From: Selaginella moellendorffii
Taxonomy: Eukaryota; Plantae; Lycopodiophyta
DNA length: 64,000 nt
NCBI RefSeq assembly: GCF_000143415.4
Contig: NW_003314306.1
Coordinates: 1,307,129 to 1,371,128 of the forward strand
Direction: 5' to 3'
This document shows, in pieces, positions 39,150 to 52,500 of this stretch (positions within the stretch are counted from its first letter, which is position 1; each line of letters opens with the position of its first letter). Position numbers and translations under genes: made by a program. The notes below the pieces were generated by a model. That model was not told the DNA's origin, ran no database searches, and was given only the letters and a program-made list of their open reading frames with translations.

Positions 39150-42100
39150 CTCTCGCCGGATTCCTGACCTGCAGACCACATTCCTGACTCTTGAGACACT
39201 TCCCTATTCCTGACTCTCGAGACACTTCCCGATTCCTGAGTCTCGAGACACTTCCCGATTCCTGAGTCTCGAGCCACATTCCTGATGATGATGTGGCGCC
39301 TCCTCGACCTCAGCTGTATTTAGGCCGTCCTCGATCCAAGAGTGGTGGAGCTTCATCAACCTATAGTATATATAGGTTAGCCTTGTTCCCTTTCTCCACA
39401 ATCTGAATCAACACCAGTCTAAGGCCTCTTCTTTGTCTTCACTAGCTTTTTCTCTTCGTCTTTAGCATTTTCCAGTCTTGATCTTGTTGGGGGTCTTGAC
39501 AGAAATACTAATCATTAAATAGTAAAGTAATATTTTCTTCTATAAACTAGGTAATAACATAACACCTCTATTAAATAGAAACTAGTGATACTAAAATAGA
39601 TAATGTTTGTGTACACAGACCTAAATATTATTAAAATTATATTTTTCCATAAAATACCTAAACCTTAATAGAATATTCTTTAGTATACCAGAATGCTTTA
39701 AGAATATTTTTATGAATAGAAATGATTTCCTATTGACCTGGTTGCAGAACCAAATAATAGAGGATTATATATTAGTCTGTGAATTTTAAAAATCTTTTGG
39801 CTGTGCAGATGATATGGAACACAAACTACTACTCAACCATGAAGCTCTCCTTGTCTCACCAAGATCCCTAACACCACCTTGTACATATAAATATGAAATA
39901 GAAAGAGATTGACGCACTGTGCTAGATCATGCAGCCTCTAGGCTAGAAAAACAAGTACAAATCGGAAGTGTGATAGTGTTCGAGAGTGTACAAATTTGCA
40001 GCTACTTATAGTGCTTGCAGCATGTTACAAAGGACATCGACATTATGTTGTTCTAGCTAGTCAATGTGGTCCATCAGATCTTGATATTATTTAGAATCCT
40101 TGGGTGATGGTGCTGCAGATTTCTGTGTTGGGAGAGTGTGGCAAGGTTTTGCCATTGTGGCATGCTGTATTGAACACCAGGGTTCCTCAGTACATATTGG
40201 CAACAACAAACGGTTCTTGGTCCTCTAGCATCAATTTCCTTATGGGACTTCATTGAGCTTAATATTGCAGCTTGTTACAGGACAAAGGACAAGAGTCTAC
40301 AAGTGTGAGGTGATTGGAGGCCATCCAGGGATATAAGTTGGCTCTATCAATAAGGCTTTGCTGAGATGGCTGTATAGACTGCTCTTAGAAGCAGGTTAGT
40401 TCATAAAGAAAGAAAGAAGCCTTCTAAGTTCTCACTTCATTTCACTATACTCTACTTTAGTGTGAAATTGAGGTATTAGTGGAAGTGGTATTGTTAAGAT
40501 TTTTCCCTAGAACTTGAATTTTCATGTCATTAGACATGTTAGTGACATTTGGTCTTAAAAATGGTTGAAGAAGAGTGTTAATGAGATTTGGATATCCAAA
40601 GATATGGTCTTTGTGATTAGGTTTTAAGTATTTATTAGCATTTGCAGATATCAGTAGACATGCATTCTATTGGGTCATTAGGATTTATGTTGAGGTGAAA
40701 TGTGAAATTGTAAATAGGAGGAAGTTAATTAAGACTTTAGAATTTGCATTAAAAGAAAGACTAAGAGTCTTTCTTTCTCTAGAAATTTTTTTTTTCATAA
40801 ATTTACTTAAGCTTTTTGAATGGTTTATTTGTTAATCATTTTACCCAAAAACCATTTTATTTTCAAAAGCCATTGCAAACTAGTGAAGGGGGCTAACTTT
40901 AGCTAACTTTGACCTTAGTAAATAATTTATATGATGCAGCTTGAAAGAATGTTAAATTTTGGGGCTAACATAATTGAGTTGAATAAAATCTGGAGTTTAA
41001 GTAAAAAAGTGGCTATTTCACTTTTCTCAAAATGTAACCTTTATGCATTTTTTTTATAATGTTATGTTTGGTGGCAAATTGCACTTTACATCTAGCTAAA
41101 CTCTAAAAGAGTAGTATAAGCTTATAAATTTTGACTTCTTGGGAAACCTAAAGATGTTTAACCCTAAGTGTCCCAAGATCTTTAACCGATTGGAAAAAAA
41201 GGTACATTCTTATTTATATGCCTTTTTCCTTTATATTTAAACTCTTATAAATTATTTCTTGAGTCAATTTCTTTAGTTGTTTACAAGTAGTGAGCTCTCA
41301 CTCATTTTAACTTGGTCTTGGTCGCTTTATGCTTTGGCTAAGGATTGTGATGTTTGATTGAGTTATTTATAGTGGAGTTGTGAGTATTTGTATTGTAGCC
41401 TTGTTTATTAAGAGGTTGTATACCTATATAAATCCATCTTATAGTCTTCACTTTAGTTTTGATTGAGTATTGATCATTTATTGCTAGCCTCTTAAGTTGT
41501 GTTTAGCGCTATTAACTAGATGTATAGGTGAGTTGATTACTATTTGATTAAATTCAAGTAGTTATTTTGTTTGTATTTGTCTATGTTCCTGTATATTATA
41601 CTTAGAATGTTTCCTTTTTATTGGATAAATATATAACTTAATGATGTGAGTTTAGTATTTGAGTCTTGTGAAGCAAGTTCAAGAGTGATTGTTGGTTGTT
41701 TTACAACTAATGATTGCTTGTAGACTTAGTCAAGGACTATTGACACTTAGCTTAATGATGATTTAGTAGTGATGGACTTGTTTATCAGATGGTATTGAGG
41801 AGGATTATGTTGTTGGGTTTAGTTTTTCCATATTGGTATATCAATTCCATCTCTTTTAGTATTGCTTAATTGCATTTAGTCCATATTAGATGCATTAAAT
41901 CTTGGATATAGTGATTCACTTCTATGAGAGGTTCCAAATGTATAGTAGGGATAGTGTGTAGCATAGCTAACAAACTTAAGGCATTGTCTAACTCTCTATT
42001 AGTTATATCTGTATAAGTAATTAAAGAGAAAGACTCAAAAGATTATTTGTAAGGGTGCACCCCGTTTTCCAGTTGGTTAAGGGTTTTAGATTACTTGGGG

Positions 42101-42957
42101 TTAAGTGTTCTAAATATAGGATTTTACATTTGGTATCAGAGTAGTCTTGAGTTTGACTCTATTGGTGGGCTAGAGGAATCACACCACTTATTGAGATTGA
42201 CATTTGATAGTTCAATTTAGTCTGACTAAGCTTTACCTAAACGGTAGGATGCCATTTTGAAAGAATAGGTGAAACCCAATTGACTAGAGGAGTGGAGGAA
42301 TAGATAGCTCCTATATTTTAGCAAAGTGGTTGACAATGAAATCCATTCACCCCCATAACTCTATTTTATGCTCGGCATGATCCTTTGTCTTTGACAACTC
42401 TCTTTTTGGACTCTACTTTGACCAAACCTTAAGCTTGCATTTGCACTGCCTTTAGTCTAATCCAAGAAAGTTTATGAGAGAGCATGGCAATAACTACTTG
42501 AACCAATAGACTGATCCTTACAATTTTGATTGATCCACTTATAATCATGCTTAAGAAAGATCCATCAGTGCCATGCTAAATAGCTATGGATCAGCTTATT
42601 CGTCATTTATAGCAAACCTAGGGGAGGTTTACTTTTATCCACGGTACATAGAACAACTCATGGAACCAACAATAGGTTAATATTAATCCTGCCAACTCAA
42701 AATGTAATCTTGAGTTGCTAATATGCCTCACTTACAAGCCCAAATGCAAACTCATGCAAATGGAATATCTCAATCCATCCTATAAGCACAAGCTCACATA
42801 ATATAGTACAAAAAGGTAATCCAAAATCATACCCAAAGAACAAATGCAAAGTTATAGCACCAAAAGTATACCTATTCGGATCATCATTTTCATCTTTGTA
42901 TATGCAACGAGACTAATTGCCTAATCTTATTAGATAGTACTCGTTGCGATATATCCT

Positions 42958-44078
42958 TTGATACCAAATAAAGCGCACTTGGTTTTCACCCTTTATCCTA
43001 TGGTGATTTACTATAAGATAACCACGAAGTGGAACATAATGTCACATGCTATATGCCACATGCCATGTGTTTAAAGACAGTGGAGCAAATGCCAAGTTTC
43101 AGGGCGTTGTGCCACTGAATGAATAGAGCCAAACTTCTAAGCATGGAGCCAAAGAGTAAAGGTACTGAAGCACGGAGTGACTCCCAAGCATATAGCCCAA
43201 GGAACAAAGGGACAGAAGCACGGAGTGACTTGGAATAGTTCTAGAGAATTTAACATCCCAATGCCAAGACTAATATGCAAACCAGAGCTAAACAAAGTCT
43301 GGCATTATTTCAACATACCAATTGTTTAAAGCAAGGATATGGGTACTCCACTAGCTAACATGGTGTGGAACTTGGGCTTAGACCCAAACCAAACGCAAAA
43401 CAAAGACAAACATGCGAGCAGAAACTACACTATGCCTCAAGTTAGTCAGCCATACCCAAACTACCCACTATCCCTATTTGGAACCCTTTATAACCCTCTT
43501 GCCCCCTTTGAGGAACATATGCTTTAGGCTTTCACTCTTAACCATCCTTAGTACTAGGAGTCTTTGGGATTAACTCAAAACTTACTAAATATAGAATGGT
43601 GTTATATTGTGAATTTGGATGTAGGACCAACACTATTATGTTCAAAACAATCTCTATATTCTATAGATATCCTAAATTAGAAAATCTAGACACTTTCCAG
43701 AAATAGTAATTGAGACCAAACAGTACTAACATAAAGAGCATGATAGCAAGGGTGTTTGGCAAATACAGTAAATTATCATTTAGCAAATATTGAGGGACTA
43801 ATTTCAATATTGCAGGGCTTCTTGTCAAGCTAGTGCAGGACAAAGCAAAAAAGAACTAACAAGTTAGGCCAAGTATGCTTGGCTAAATAGACACTTAAGA
43901 GTTCCTTCCTTATGCTCATCTGGCTAAGTACAGATGCAAAGTCAAGTTTACTAACACTTGAATAAGAGGGATTGATAAAGGGCAATATCGACCTCCTGTT
44001 GTTGTGGTAGTAAGAAAAGAATATCCGAAAAGATTATCTAACAGGTAACCTTTGATACCTACAATCATATTTATGACA
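42958..44078 (-). mobile_element. ~1.1-kb LTR with adjacent PBS-like site (family also at 59268-60339)
   Basis: Collinear similarity to 59268-60339; TGGTATCA (minus) at ~42959-42966. Confidence 0.65.
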
Positions 44079-44983
44079 TTTACACTTGGTCCAAGTGTTC
44101 CACGTGTCCAATCTCATAATAGACATCCCAAAGGTAATACCAACCTATCATCCTATTACACTAAGGCCATATCTATTTACTCTTATCTCATTGGTAGTCC
44201 AAGACCACTTGTGCCATAGTCCTGTCTCTCAAAGACTTGGCCATCTGTCCATGGGTGGTCATCATAGGACTACCCCTTAACATCTTTAGAATGCAAGCTC
44301 TATTTCGTTAAAGTGGGATTTATTCAGTAAAATGGGACTAGGTACAAATTTTCAAGTATTTGAAAATGACGTGAAATTATATGTTTTTTGTCCAGGGGCT
44401 AGACATATCTGGGGCATGGTGACTAGCGCGGTGACTTTGTGTCCAGACTGAGTCCATCTGGTTGTATAAAAAATCTCATTGTCAAGGTGAACAAGCCGAA
44501 TCTGAAGCTAAAGAAGAGCGATGGCATGCGCGCACACACTATTTGTTTGTTCATTGAGCGTGTGGTGAGCTTTCCAAGATGAACGTCATTCCTATTAGCC
44601 AGACATATAACTTAATGGTGAGAACATTTAGATATTATTCAATGTTATCTTTTTCTAACGAATCTAATTGTGAAGGTGTAGCAAGAGGCATTGCTAGTCT
44701 GGAGAAGTCATTTAACTCATTTGACCCTTAGTGTATTTTCATGAAACTAAATAACATTCATATTATTAAGGAATTTCTCTAGTACCTTTTTTTTACGACA
44801 TAGAGGCTTGCATTTCTTTCAAAGGTGATTTAGTAAAAGGCCTGAGGGCACATGCCATTCTATTTCTCAGACCGGTATTAAGATATACTAGTGCAAAGGG
44901 CCACATGCCATCACGCCTCCTCTGATTCAGATTCGGATTGTTCACCTTGAAATAAAATACATTAGAAACTTAGTAAAGGAATA

Positions 44984-47900
44984 TTAATGAATCTCACCTT
45001 GAACCCGGGTTATGAATGCTCTTGCTGCATCTCTTGCATGGTCTGGCAAGGTGATGGTGGCACTCTGCTTCCGCATCCAACCATGCACAACATTATCCAC
45101 CGATATGCTCATGCTGGGATCCCTTGGATTCAGCACCCATCTCTTTTCTAGGCAATCCTTCGTATATCCGGAACTTGGCTTGAACCACTCCACAGTTACA
45201 TTGAAGGAGTTAGTTTCCGCATCCTCCTCTGCATCAGTGATGCAGCGCCCCACCCATATCATTTGTTTTTTATTACTGGGTCTGACAAGCACAACCATTC
45301 CTTTGCAGACCTGTACTGGATTGAATGCTGAATCCGGCTTCTTGTTCCTCGGCCCACAATAGTGATCCTCAACATCGTTATCTGTCACTGCATTTCTAGA
45401 GGACATTGTTCCGCTACTATCTGGTGCTCTGGGTTCTGGCCAAAAGGACTCTTCCAATTCTTCATATACAACCGGCCCATTTTGGATAGCAGATATAATC
45501 TTCTCCCAGTATTCGAGCAAAGGCTTGCACCTCTTAAAATAGGATTCTCCACCAAACACCAACCCCCTCTTCCAGAAGGCAATATGCTGTCTAATCCCGG
45601 CCACTATACTTTCCTGGTCTTTGAGTCCATCCGGGTGCATCGGCCGTGGGGAACCCTGAGGAATCATAGGTTCCCCAATTATGGGATCTCTCTTGAAGAG
45701 TTCAATGCCATCCACTGGCAGCCACACTGTGTCCCATTCTCTCATCTTGTACCTCATCACTGGAGCACCGTCACGCATGCTGAAATGAAACTGAAGAGGC
45801 TTGGAGTGGCCAATCAGCGTTTCGGATCCGTCCCTGATGTAGCCTCTTACAAACCCCTTAAAGTCTGGAACCTCTGTCACAAGTGCAGCTTCAACAGTGC
45901 CTTTGATGCAATTTTGGAATTCATCGTAGAGTTGTGGGAGGGTGAGGACATTGGATCGCCGGAGGGACTCTGCCAGGTGACTGAACATGGCATCGACGTC
46001 TTCATGAGTGTGCCCAACCATGAGAAAGCCAAGTGTAACCGTTTCAAATATGCCTTTGGCAACAAGCATCGCCAAGTACGCGAAGACGTACATGTTTTTG
46101 TTCTCACTGCCAGCATTGTCTGTTTGGAGCAGAAGATGGGGTGGAAGGCCACATCGGCCGCAAGAACTTCCTTGAGATTCTGCTTCGTTTGGATGAGGCT
46201 GTGCATTCACCGGGCGACCAGCCTCGTCGTAATGGCATGAGGCCTCACGTGATAACCCTACAATCTGACGGCCAACATATTCACTAGGATGGCATGGGGC
46301 CCCACGCGATACTGCAAGCCTTTGCTCCTCCTCCAGCTGAACCCTGTATGGGGTTCGATCGACAAGGGCCTTATGCAAGGGTTGGCCGTTCAGCTCAGTC
46401 TGCGCACTTTGCAGAGACCTTAAGTGTTTTGCTAAGGACGCAATCATCATGTTTGCACCCCCGCCACCCCATAGAGGCACAAAGAAGTTCCCATAGTTCT
46501 GGGCACCATGCCCATGAGCGATTATGCCAAACAGAGACACAGGCAGCTGCATGGATGAAGAGATTGCCTTGGGGGCAGGATTGAGTCGAGGTAAGCACGT
46601 CTTTTTCTGATCCATTTTGTCGTGGATGATGCAGAGGTAAGAGTCAGGTCTCTCCATGGAGAGAATCCTGTTATGATAATATGCAGTCCTGCAGCTTCTC
46701 TGCTCGATGTTGTGGTCGAGCCGCCTTCTAACCAACGTCTCTCGCTCTTGAGCGCTGCAAGAATTCTTCGACAAAGCCATTTTGATAGCAGTGCACTCGT
46801 CACACTTTGAAAAGCTGGAGTACTTTCCTATACTCACATCCCTGAACCTGTTGCTCCACAATCTACTAAATCTAGATTGGCTCAGCTTCCTGTAGCCATT
46901 ACTCTAGAGTTCCCGATTCACATCTTCCAATATGGCCCCCTTGGTATACATGGAAGGGAGAACTCGTTGGGTGTCTTGTGTTCCATCTTCCAAGAGGCGG
47001 GTTTTATGTGGTTGCTGCTCGCTACATGTCTCGACAAACCTCTTGAAGATTGCCTCTCCATATACAACATGACCCCTGGTTTTGTGCGTACCGTCGTTCC
47101 CATGGACTGCCTGTTGAACCCTTTGTTCCTCGAACTCAGTTTTGATTCTGTAGAATGTGGTTCGAGGGACTCCATAAATGATTCTCCATGCCTTCATGCA
47201 GACCAAACCCCTCTGGACGACCATGCCCCCCACCTGATGTTCTGAAGCATCAACAGATGACCGTAATGCCTCATACACAAAATTGCGAGCTGCCTTCCAG
47301 GACAATGTCTTGTATCTTGCTCTCTCCTCTTCAATAGCATCCCAATCAGCATGTTGACAGCACCTCCTCTTGCAACAAGCAACTGTCGAGACCATTCGAA
47401 CCTCCATCGCCATTTTCTGCCTTTTCGGTTCGTTGCTCAGATCCCTTTGGCTGCGCTGTAGGAAGGTGTACTTTCTTTTCCCATGAAGAGATGTTCTGTC
47501 ATCAGTTGTAGTGGTGTTTGATTGTGAATCCTTCACATTCTCAAACACTAAATGCCTCAATTTCCACCGCACAATGCTTCCAATAGTCAGACTGTTTTCT
47601 TCTGTGTCAACAACCTCTAAAATTGCAACTCCAATATCATCCCAGCCCAATTCTTGATTAGCAACCGCATCTCTTGGATCGACAACTGTGGCTAAGCCCT
47701 CAGCTACCACCTCCCCCTCGGGGTTGTTTAGAAACACCTTTGCCTGAATCCATGTAGCACGGTTCTTAAGATCCACGGAGGGAACATGCGTCGCACTTGC
47801 GCTGTCCCCAACATCTGCTTTCTTCTGAAGATTTTTCAAGGCAACAACAACATTTACCCCGACGACCATCTCTCCTCGTTCAATAGCGACCACATTCCCA

Positions 47901-48052
47901 TCGAAGACAGTCTCTACTGATACAGCAGCATTGCCTTCCCCAAGCCTTTGACAGTGTATAACAAAGTTCCGATCCATAGACACAAGGGTCCCTTTTGCAA
48001 CTCTCTTCCCACCATTCAAAATGTAAACCTTTTCCCCAACCCTGAAGGCCAT
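44984..48052 (-). pseudogene. Sola-like DDD transposase (~1020 codons) interrupted by one in-frame TAG at 46904-46906
   Basis: The two ORFs are in frame (..VNREL*SNGYRKLSQSRFSRLWSNRF). Motifs CCKRRCC, KCDEC, IIHDKMDQ, LQTDNAGSENKN, FLMVGHTHEDVDAMFS. Confidence 0.82.
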
Positions 48053-48419
48053 TCTGAAAGTGCAGAAAAGAAGTTAAGACCATACAAAAAATGATTGGAG
48101 AATGGCCTAAATCATAACATACCAAACAACCTCAATAGCATGAGGCCACATGCCATTATTCAAACATGCTATTGACACCCACATGAAATTTCGCATTCAC
48201 AAAATTGGCATGAGGCCTCATGCCATCTTGATATACACACAGCTGCAGGCAAGTAAAAACATACATGACAATACGCTAGCCATGAAATTGCAAGGGCCCA
48301 AGATGGCATGTGGCCTCATGCCATTTCTAAATGTGGTCCTAAACCATTCCATGGTGAACATACCAGGAAGCACAAGTGCCGAATATCAAGAGGAAGCGGT
48401 AGCCACACCAAAGACAGTG

Positions 48420-48605
48420 CCGCTCGCAACACCGCAACTACTCGTAGCACCGCTCGCAACACCGCAATTGCTCGTAGCGCCGCTCGCACAAACTGCCACT
48501 CGCATAAACTGCCGCTCGCAATGGCGCTCGCAATGCCGCAACCGCTTGTAGACGCATAAACCACAGCTCACAACGCCGCTTACACAAGCAGCGCTCACTG
48601 CGCTC
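48420..48605. repeat. GC-rich CCGCTCGCA-type short tandem repeats (30-bp unit x2 plus variants) inside the transposon
   Basis: CCGCTCGCAACACCGCAA at 48420 and 48451; further GCTCGCA copies follow. Confidence 0.75.
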
Positions 48606-49347
48606 AGCGGAACCAAGAACACGGCGCACAAAAATGATAGACCTAGGAATGAGTTCGAGAATTCAAAAATAACACACGCTTGAACGTCACATCAAATCCT
48701 CTGACAAACCAGATCTTATGATTCCTCTGACAAATTTCAAACTGAGTAGCTTCTAGACTTTGCTGTCGGAGGTTGAACTTTGTCACATCATGTCCTTGCC
48801 TCGATCCAGCTGTGCCATGTCAGTGATTCGAACTTTGCCATGCCATGTCAGCGATCCGCGCCAAGATTATTCGCCGTGTAAAGGAATAATTATGCTGTGT
48901 GTGTACGTCCATTTATGGCAATATAATGCCACATGCCATTCAAAGAATAATGCTAGTCGAGCATCTTTTGGTGCATTTTTGGGTTCAAAATTGCATGAGC
49001 CCACACGCTATAAAGTTTACCTGTACCAAAAATAGAAACAGCTTTATTTACTTGGGAATTTATATGGCTGAGGCATTTTTAAACTTACAAACACATGCCC
49101 TACTTACATTCCTTTGGTTGCTTAAAATTCAAAAATATTATAAACCTTTCTTTTTGCATTTTCAATGTTTTCAATTATGGTTTTTGATTTTCGCAGGACC
49201 AGCCTAGTAATCTATTTGCATCCCGTCATGTTTATAGCTAGCTTTCGTTTGTCCCCTTCGCTAGCCTGAGATACATCTGCTCGGCATCTGCCTCTTACAG
49301 CATTTGCCCAGAAAGGGCATCTTTCTTCACGCAGCATTTGCCACATG

Positions 49348-49379
49348 TTTAGGGTTAGGGTTTAGGGTTTAGGGTTTAG
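49348..49379 (+). repeat. Interstitial plant telomere repeat (TTTAGGG ~4.5 units)
   Basis: TTTAGGG TTAGGG TTTAGGG TTTAGGG TTTAG. Confidence 0.9.
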
Positions 49380-49402
49380 CAATTCAGTAGCTTGATAAAC
49401 AT

Positions 49403-49502
49403 NNNNNNNNNNNNNNNNNNNNNNNNNNNNNNNNNNNNNNNNNNNNNNNNNNNNNNNNNNNNNNNNNNNNNNNNNNNNNNNNNNNNNNNNNNNNNNNNNN
49501 NN
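49403..49502. other. Assembly gap (N run)
   Basis: Run of N. Confidence 0.99.
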
Positions 49503-52500
49503 AATCGGGTCTGCACGAGACATTGGCACGAACACGGAAGCTCTGGGTTCAACTGAAGAAGCCACAAAAACCAGGACAAGGACGTGCACTAGCAACTAGC
49601 GCCTGGCAGGTAAGCCTCGTTGCATGTGGCATAGCATGTGGCCTCACGCCATTTCCATTGCAGGAATTCTCGAGTCTTCTCTCGAAAACACTGGGGGTCA
49701 ATGACACACTCAGCATCCATAACATTCTACTCGCGACAAAAGTTGTTTTTGACAAATGGGTAGATGTGCTGAGGAGGTACCATGACGGGGAGTTGCCAAA
49801 CTCAATGGGTGTGGAGGACGGCCGGAAGCCCAATGATTTGAAGCTCAACGCCTTGCGTTTCTCGCGGTCTCTAGACGACGACGACCTTCTGACAGTGGCT
49901 AATGCTCTTCTACGTGGTGAGGTTGTCTTCAACAAGACCAAAATGACTCCCGGCCATATTGTGACATACGAGGACTTGTGCACGACTCTGAGAGCTCGTG
50001 CGCTATTGAAGGATTGGATCTTCGAGCAAGTGGCCGTGGAGAGGGTGAGCATCGACACCACGCAAGAGATGATGGAAGCGCTGGAGTTGTCAAATGAAGA
50101 CATCGACGAGTACGTGAAGGGGGCCCCCAAGTTCATCGATCTGCTGCGGGATGCCACGAAAAGTAAAGCTGAGAAGTTGGATCAGTATCCAAATTTCATT
50201 AAGATTGATGTCGACCGCCGGCTTCAGAAACAGCTCGACCCCGCAGCAGAGGCCTATCGAGAACCTTACCGGGTATACTTGAATTCGGATGAGGATCAAA
50301 GGTGGAGGAGCATCGTTTCCCGCGGAGATGAGCAGGTCAAGAACATCTTTTGTGTGATGGACTTCACAAACGAGGAGATCACTCATGCAGACGAAGTCAG
50401 CTCCATCATTGACTTAATGGTGGGACTTGCGGAGGTGGAATCTTCAGTCCACTATATGATCTACGACTCCGAATCCTATCACAAGTTCTGGAAGGCCTTG
50501 AACGAGGTGAAGGCTCGGTTGAAAGGCAAGGAGATGCGGGAGATCCATGGGATAATGGCTAAGAAGAAGATACCGACGAATGTCCGCATCTTCACACTCG
50601 CCCTTGTTATTGGTCCTGCAGCAGAGTGGGACTGGAGTGACTTCCCAGCTTCGTTCGACAAGGCCAATCGAATTGATCTGAGGGAGGTCAATTTACCCGT
50701 GCCTGAGGAACTGAAGACGGCTATGGAGCTTTCGAATCCAAAGAAAGCTCCAGGTGCAGCATGGGAAATGCTCAGCTGGGTCTTCAACGCAATAGCGGGT
50801 GGGTCATCTGCTTCCGACTCCAAGGGCAAATGCGTTGTCGAGTACAACTGCGGCGGACTATTCTTTCGAGCCGCACTACTCAAGGGTGTCCCTTGTGTTG
50901 CGGTGACAAACTCCATTGAAGAGATGACTTCAATGGAGCATATAATTACAGTTGCCAAAGAAAAACAGTATCTTCTCTGCGAACCTGGTGAGTACACACT
51001 TTAAGTTTAAATGTTATCTCACAAGCTCTGTATGCAGGAGCGTGGCCACCCCCAGATGCTGAAACGGCGTTAACAGCTACTTTTGAAGATACCCATGTTG
51101 GGCCGAGCTCACAACCTGCACAAGGTAAGGTCACGTGAGGCCTCACGCCATTTTGATTATAGATCGTTGTGAATATTTAGACACGAGGACTGAAAAGCGC
51201 ACTGGTGGCGCATCGAAGAAGGACAAACAGAAAAGCAATAGGAAAAAAGGAGGTACAAATTATATTTGCAATGGCGTGTGGTCTCATGCCATTCCTTGCA
51301 GGAGAAACTTCTTCAAAGGCAAAACAGGCAAGCACCAGCCAAGCTCAAACTGACAGTGGTCATAAAAAGCGAAAGCACGTTGGACAGTCGTCGAGATCAG
51401 AGGCGTTTGATTCGAAAAGGAAGAAGGGCAACGAAAAGATGATAGGTAATGCCTCGCGGTTATGGCGTGTGTGCTCATGCCATTCATTGCAGATCAAGGG
51501 CTGAGTGAAAGCAGGCAGTCACCACCTCATGACTCAGATTCCTATGGCGGACTCCCCTTCCCCAATCTCAATGGAGAGGTACAATGGATGAGGGAAGCTT
51601 TTCAAGGCAGGGCCACGTTTTTCTCATCTCGTCGTCTTCGAAGGGTGCAAGAACGTGCAGAAACCATGTTAAGACAGTCGGGTGAGGATACGGTCCTAGG
51701 TCACGCACTAAAACAGGCTATGGATGTCTTGTATTTTGAGATGGAGACTCGGCCAGATGATTTTCCCAAGATGGTCCTGGAAGAACAAGCCATCCAGCCT
51801 GAGCAGCCTATGGAAGAAATGCAGGAGGGGGATGAGGAGCCAGAGAAAGATAATGAGCAAGAAGAGCAGAAGGACGAAGAGGAGGACAAAGAAGAGGAGG
51901 ACAAAGAAGAGCAGGACGAAGAGGACTTGGATGGTCCTCACAATGGTGACGATCACAATAACGACGACGACGATGATGACGACGATGGCCAGCCTGAGGT
52001 GGCCAAAGAGCGGCGGAGGAAGGTCATACAAGACAAACCATCAGGTAAATAATAATACATCCATTCCTAACCTTTTACCATTTCTAACATTGTCCATGTA
52101 GGTCGCAGAGCAAATGGTAAGTAGAGATTATTCAGTTGAATTTACAAACTCTAGCCTTTAGTGTCGAGGAAGGATAGTGCCAAGCAAGGGTCGAAACGTA
52201 TGTCCAATCCTTCAGAATCAGCAGTGCGCTCAAGTGATATCGGTCCTAGTTCCTCAATAGCAGTTGATGGTAAATACAGTATAGTCGATTCAATGTGCTA
52301 ATGAGTTTGTTTTTAGTAGCACGGGAGGATACCATCTCAATCGAAGGGAGATATTTGGACATGCATATGGATCCGCCAGTGGACTCTACTTGGCTGCAAG
52401 AGTCATCAGAGCTGGTGGAGGCTACTATCCATATCAACGCCAAGCAAGCTGACCACGCTCCACTTGATGCTGCCCATACCATTGAGTCAATCTTGTCCAC

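Larger units (their letters stand above)
33928..39501 (+). mobile_element. Full-length chromodomain Ty3/gypsy retrotransposon (Tcn1/Tf1-like chromovirus), TSD GAAAT
   Basis: LTRs 33928-34288 and 39115-39501 (TG..CA, near identical); GAAAT at 33923-33927 and 39502-39506; PPT at 39101-39112. Confidence 0.97.

Noticed and set aside
39950-40400. Possible PPR remnant
   Set aside because: Only faint similarity with many stops; cannot be supported.
45362-46240. 292-aa plus-strand ORF in the transposon
   Set aside because: Antisense to the transposase core, with no motifs.
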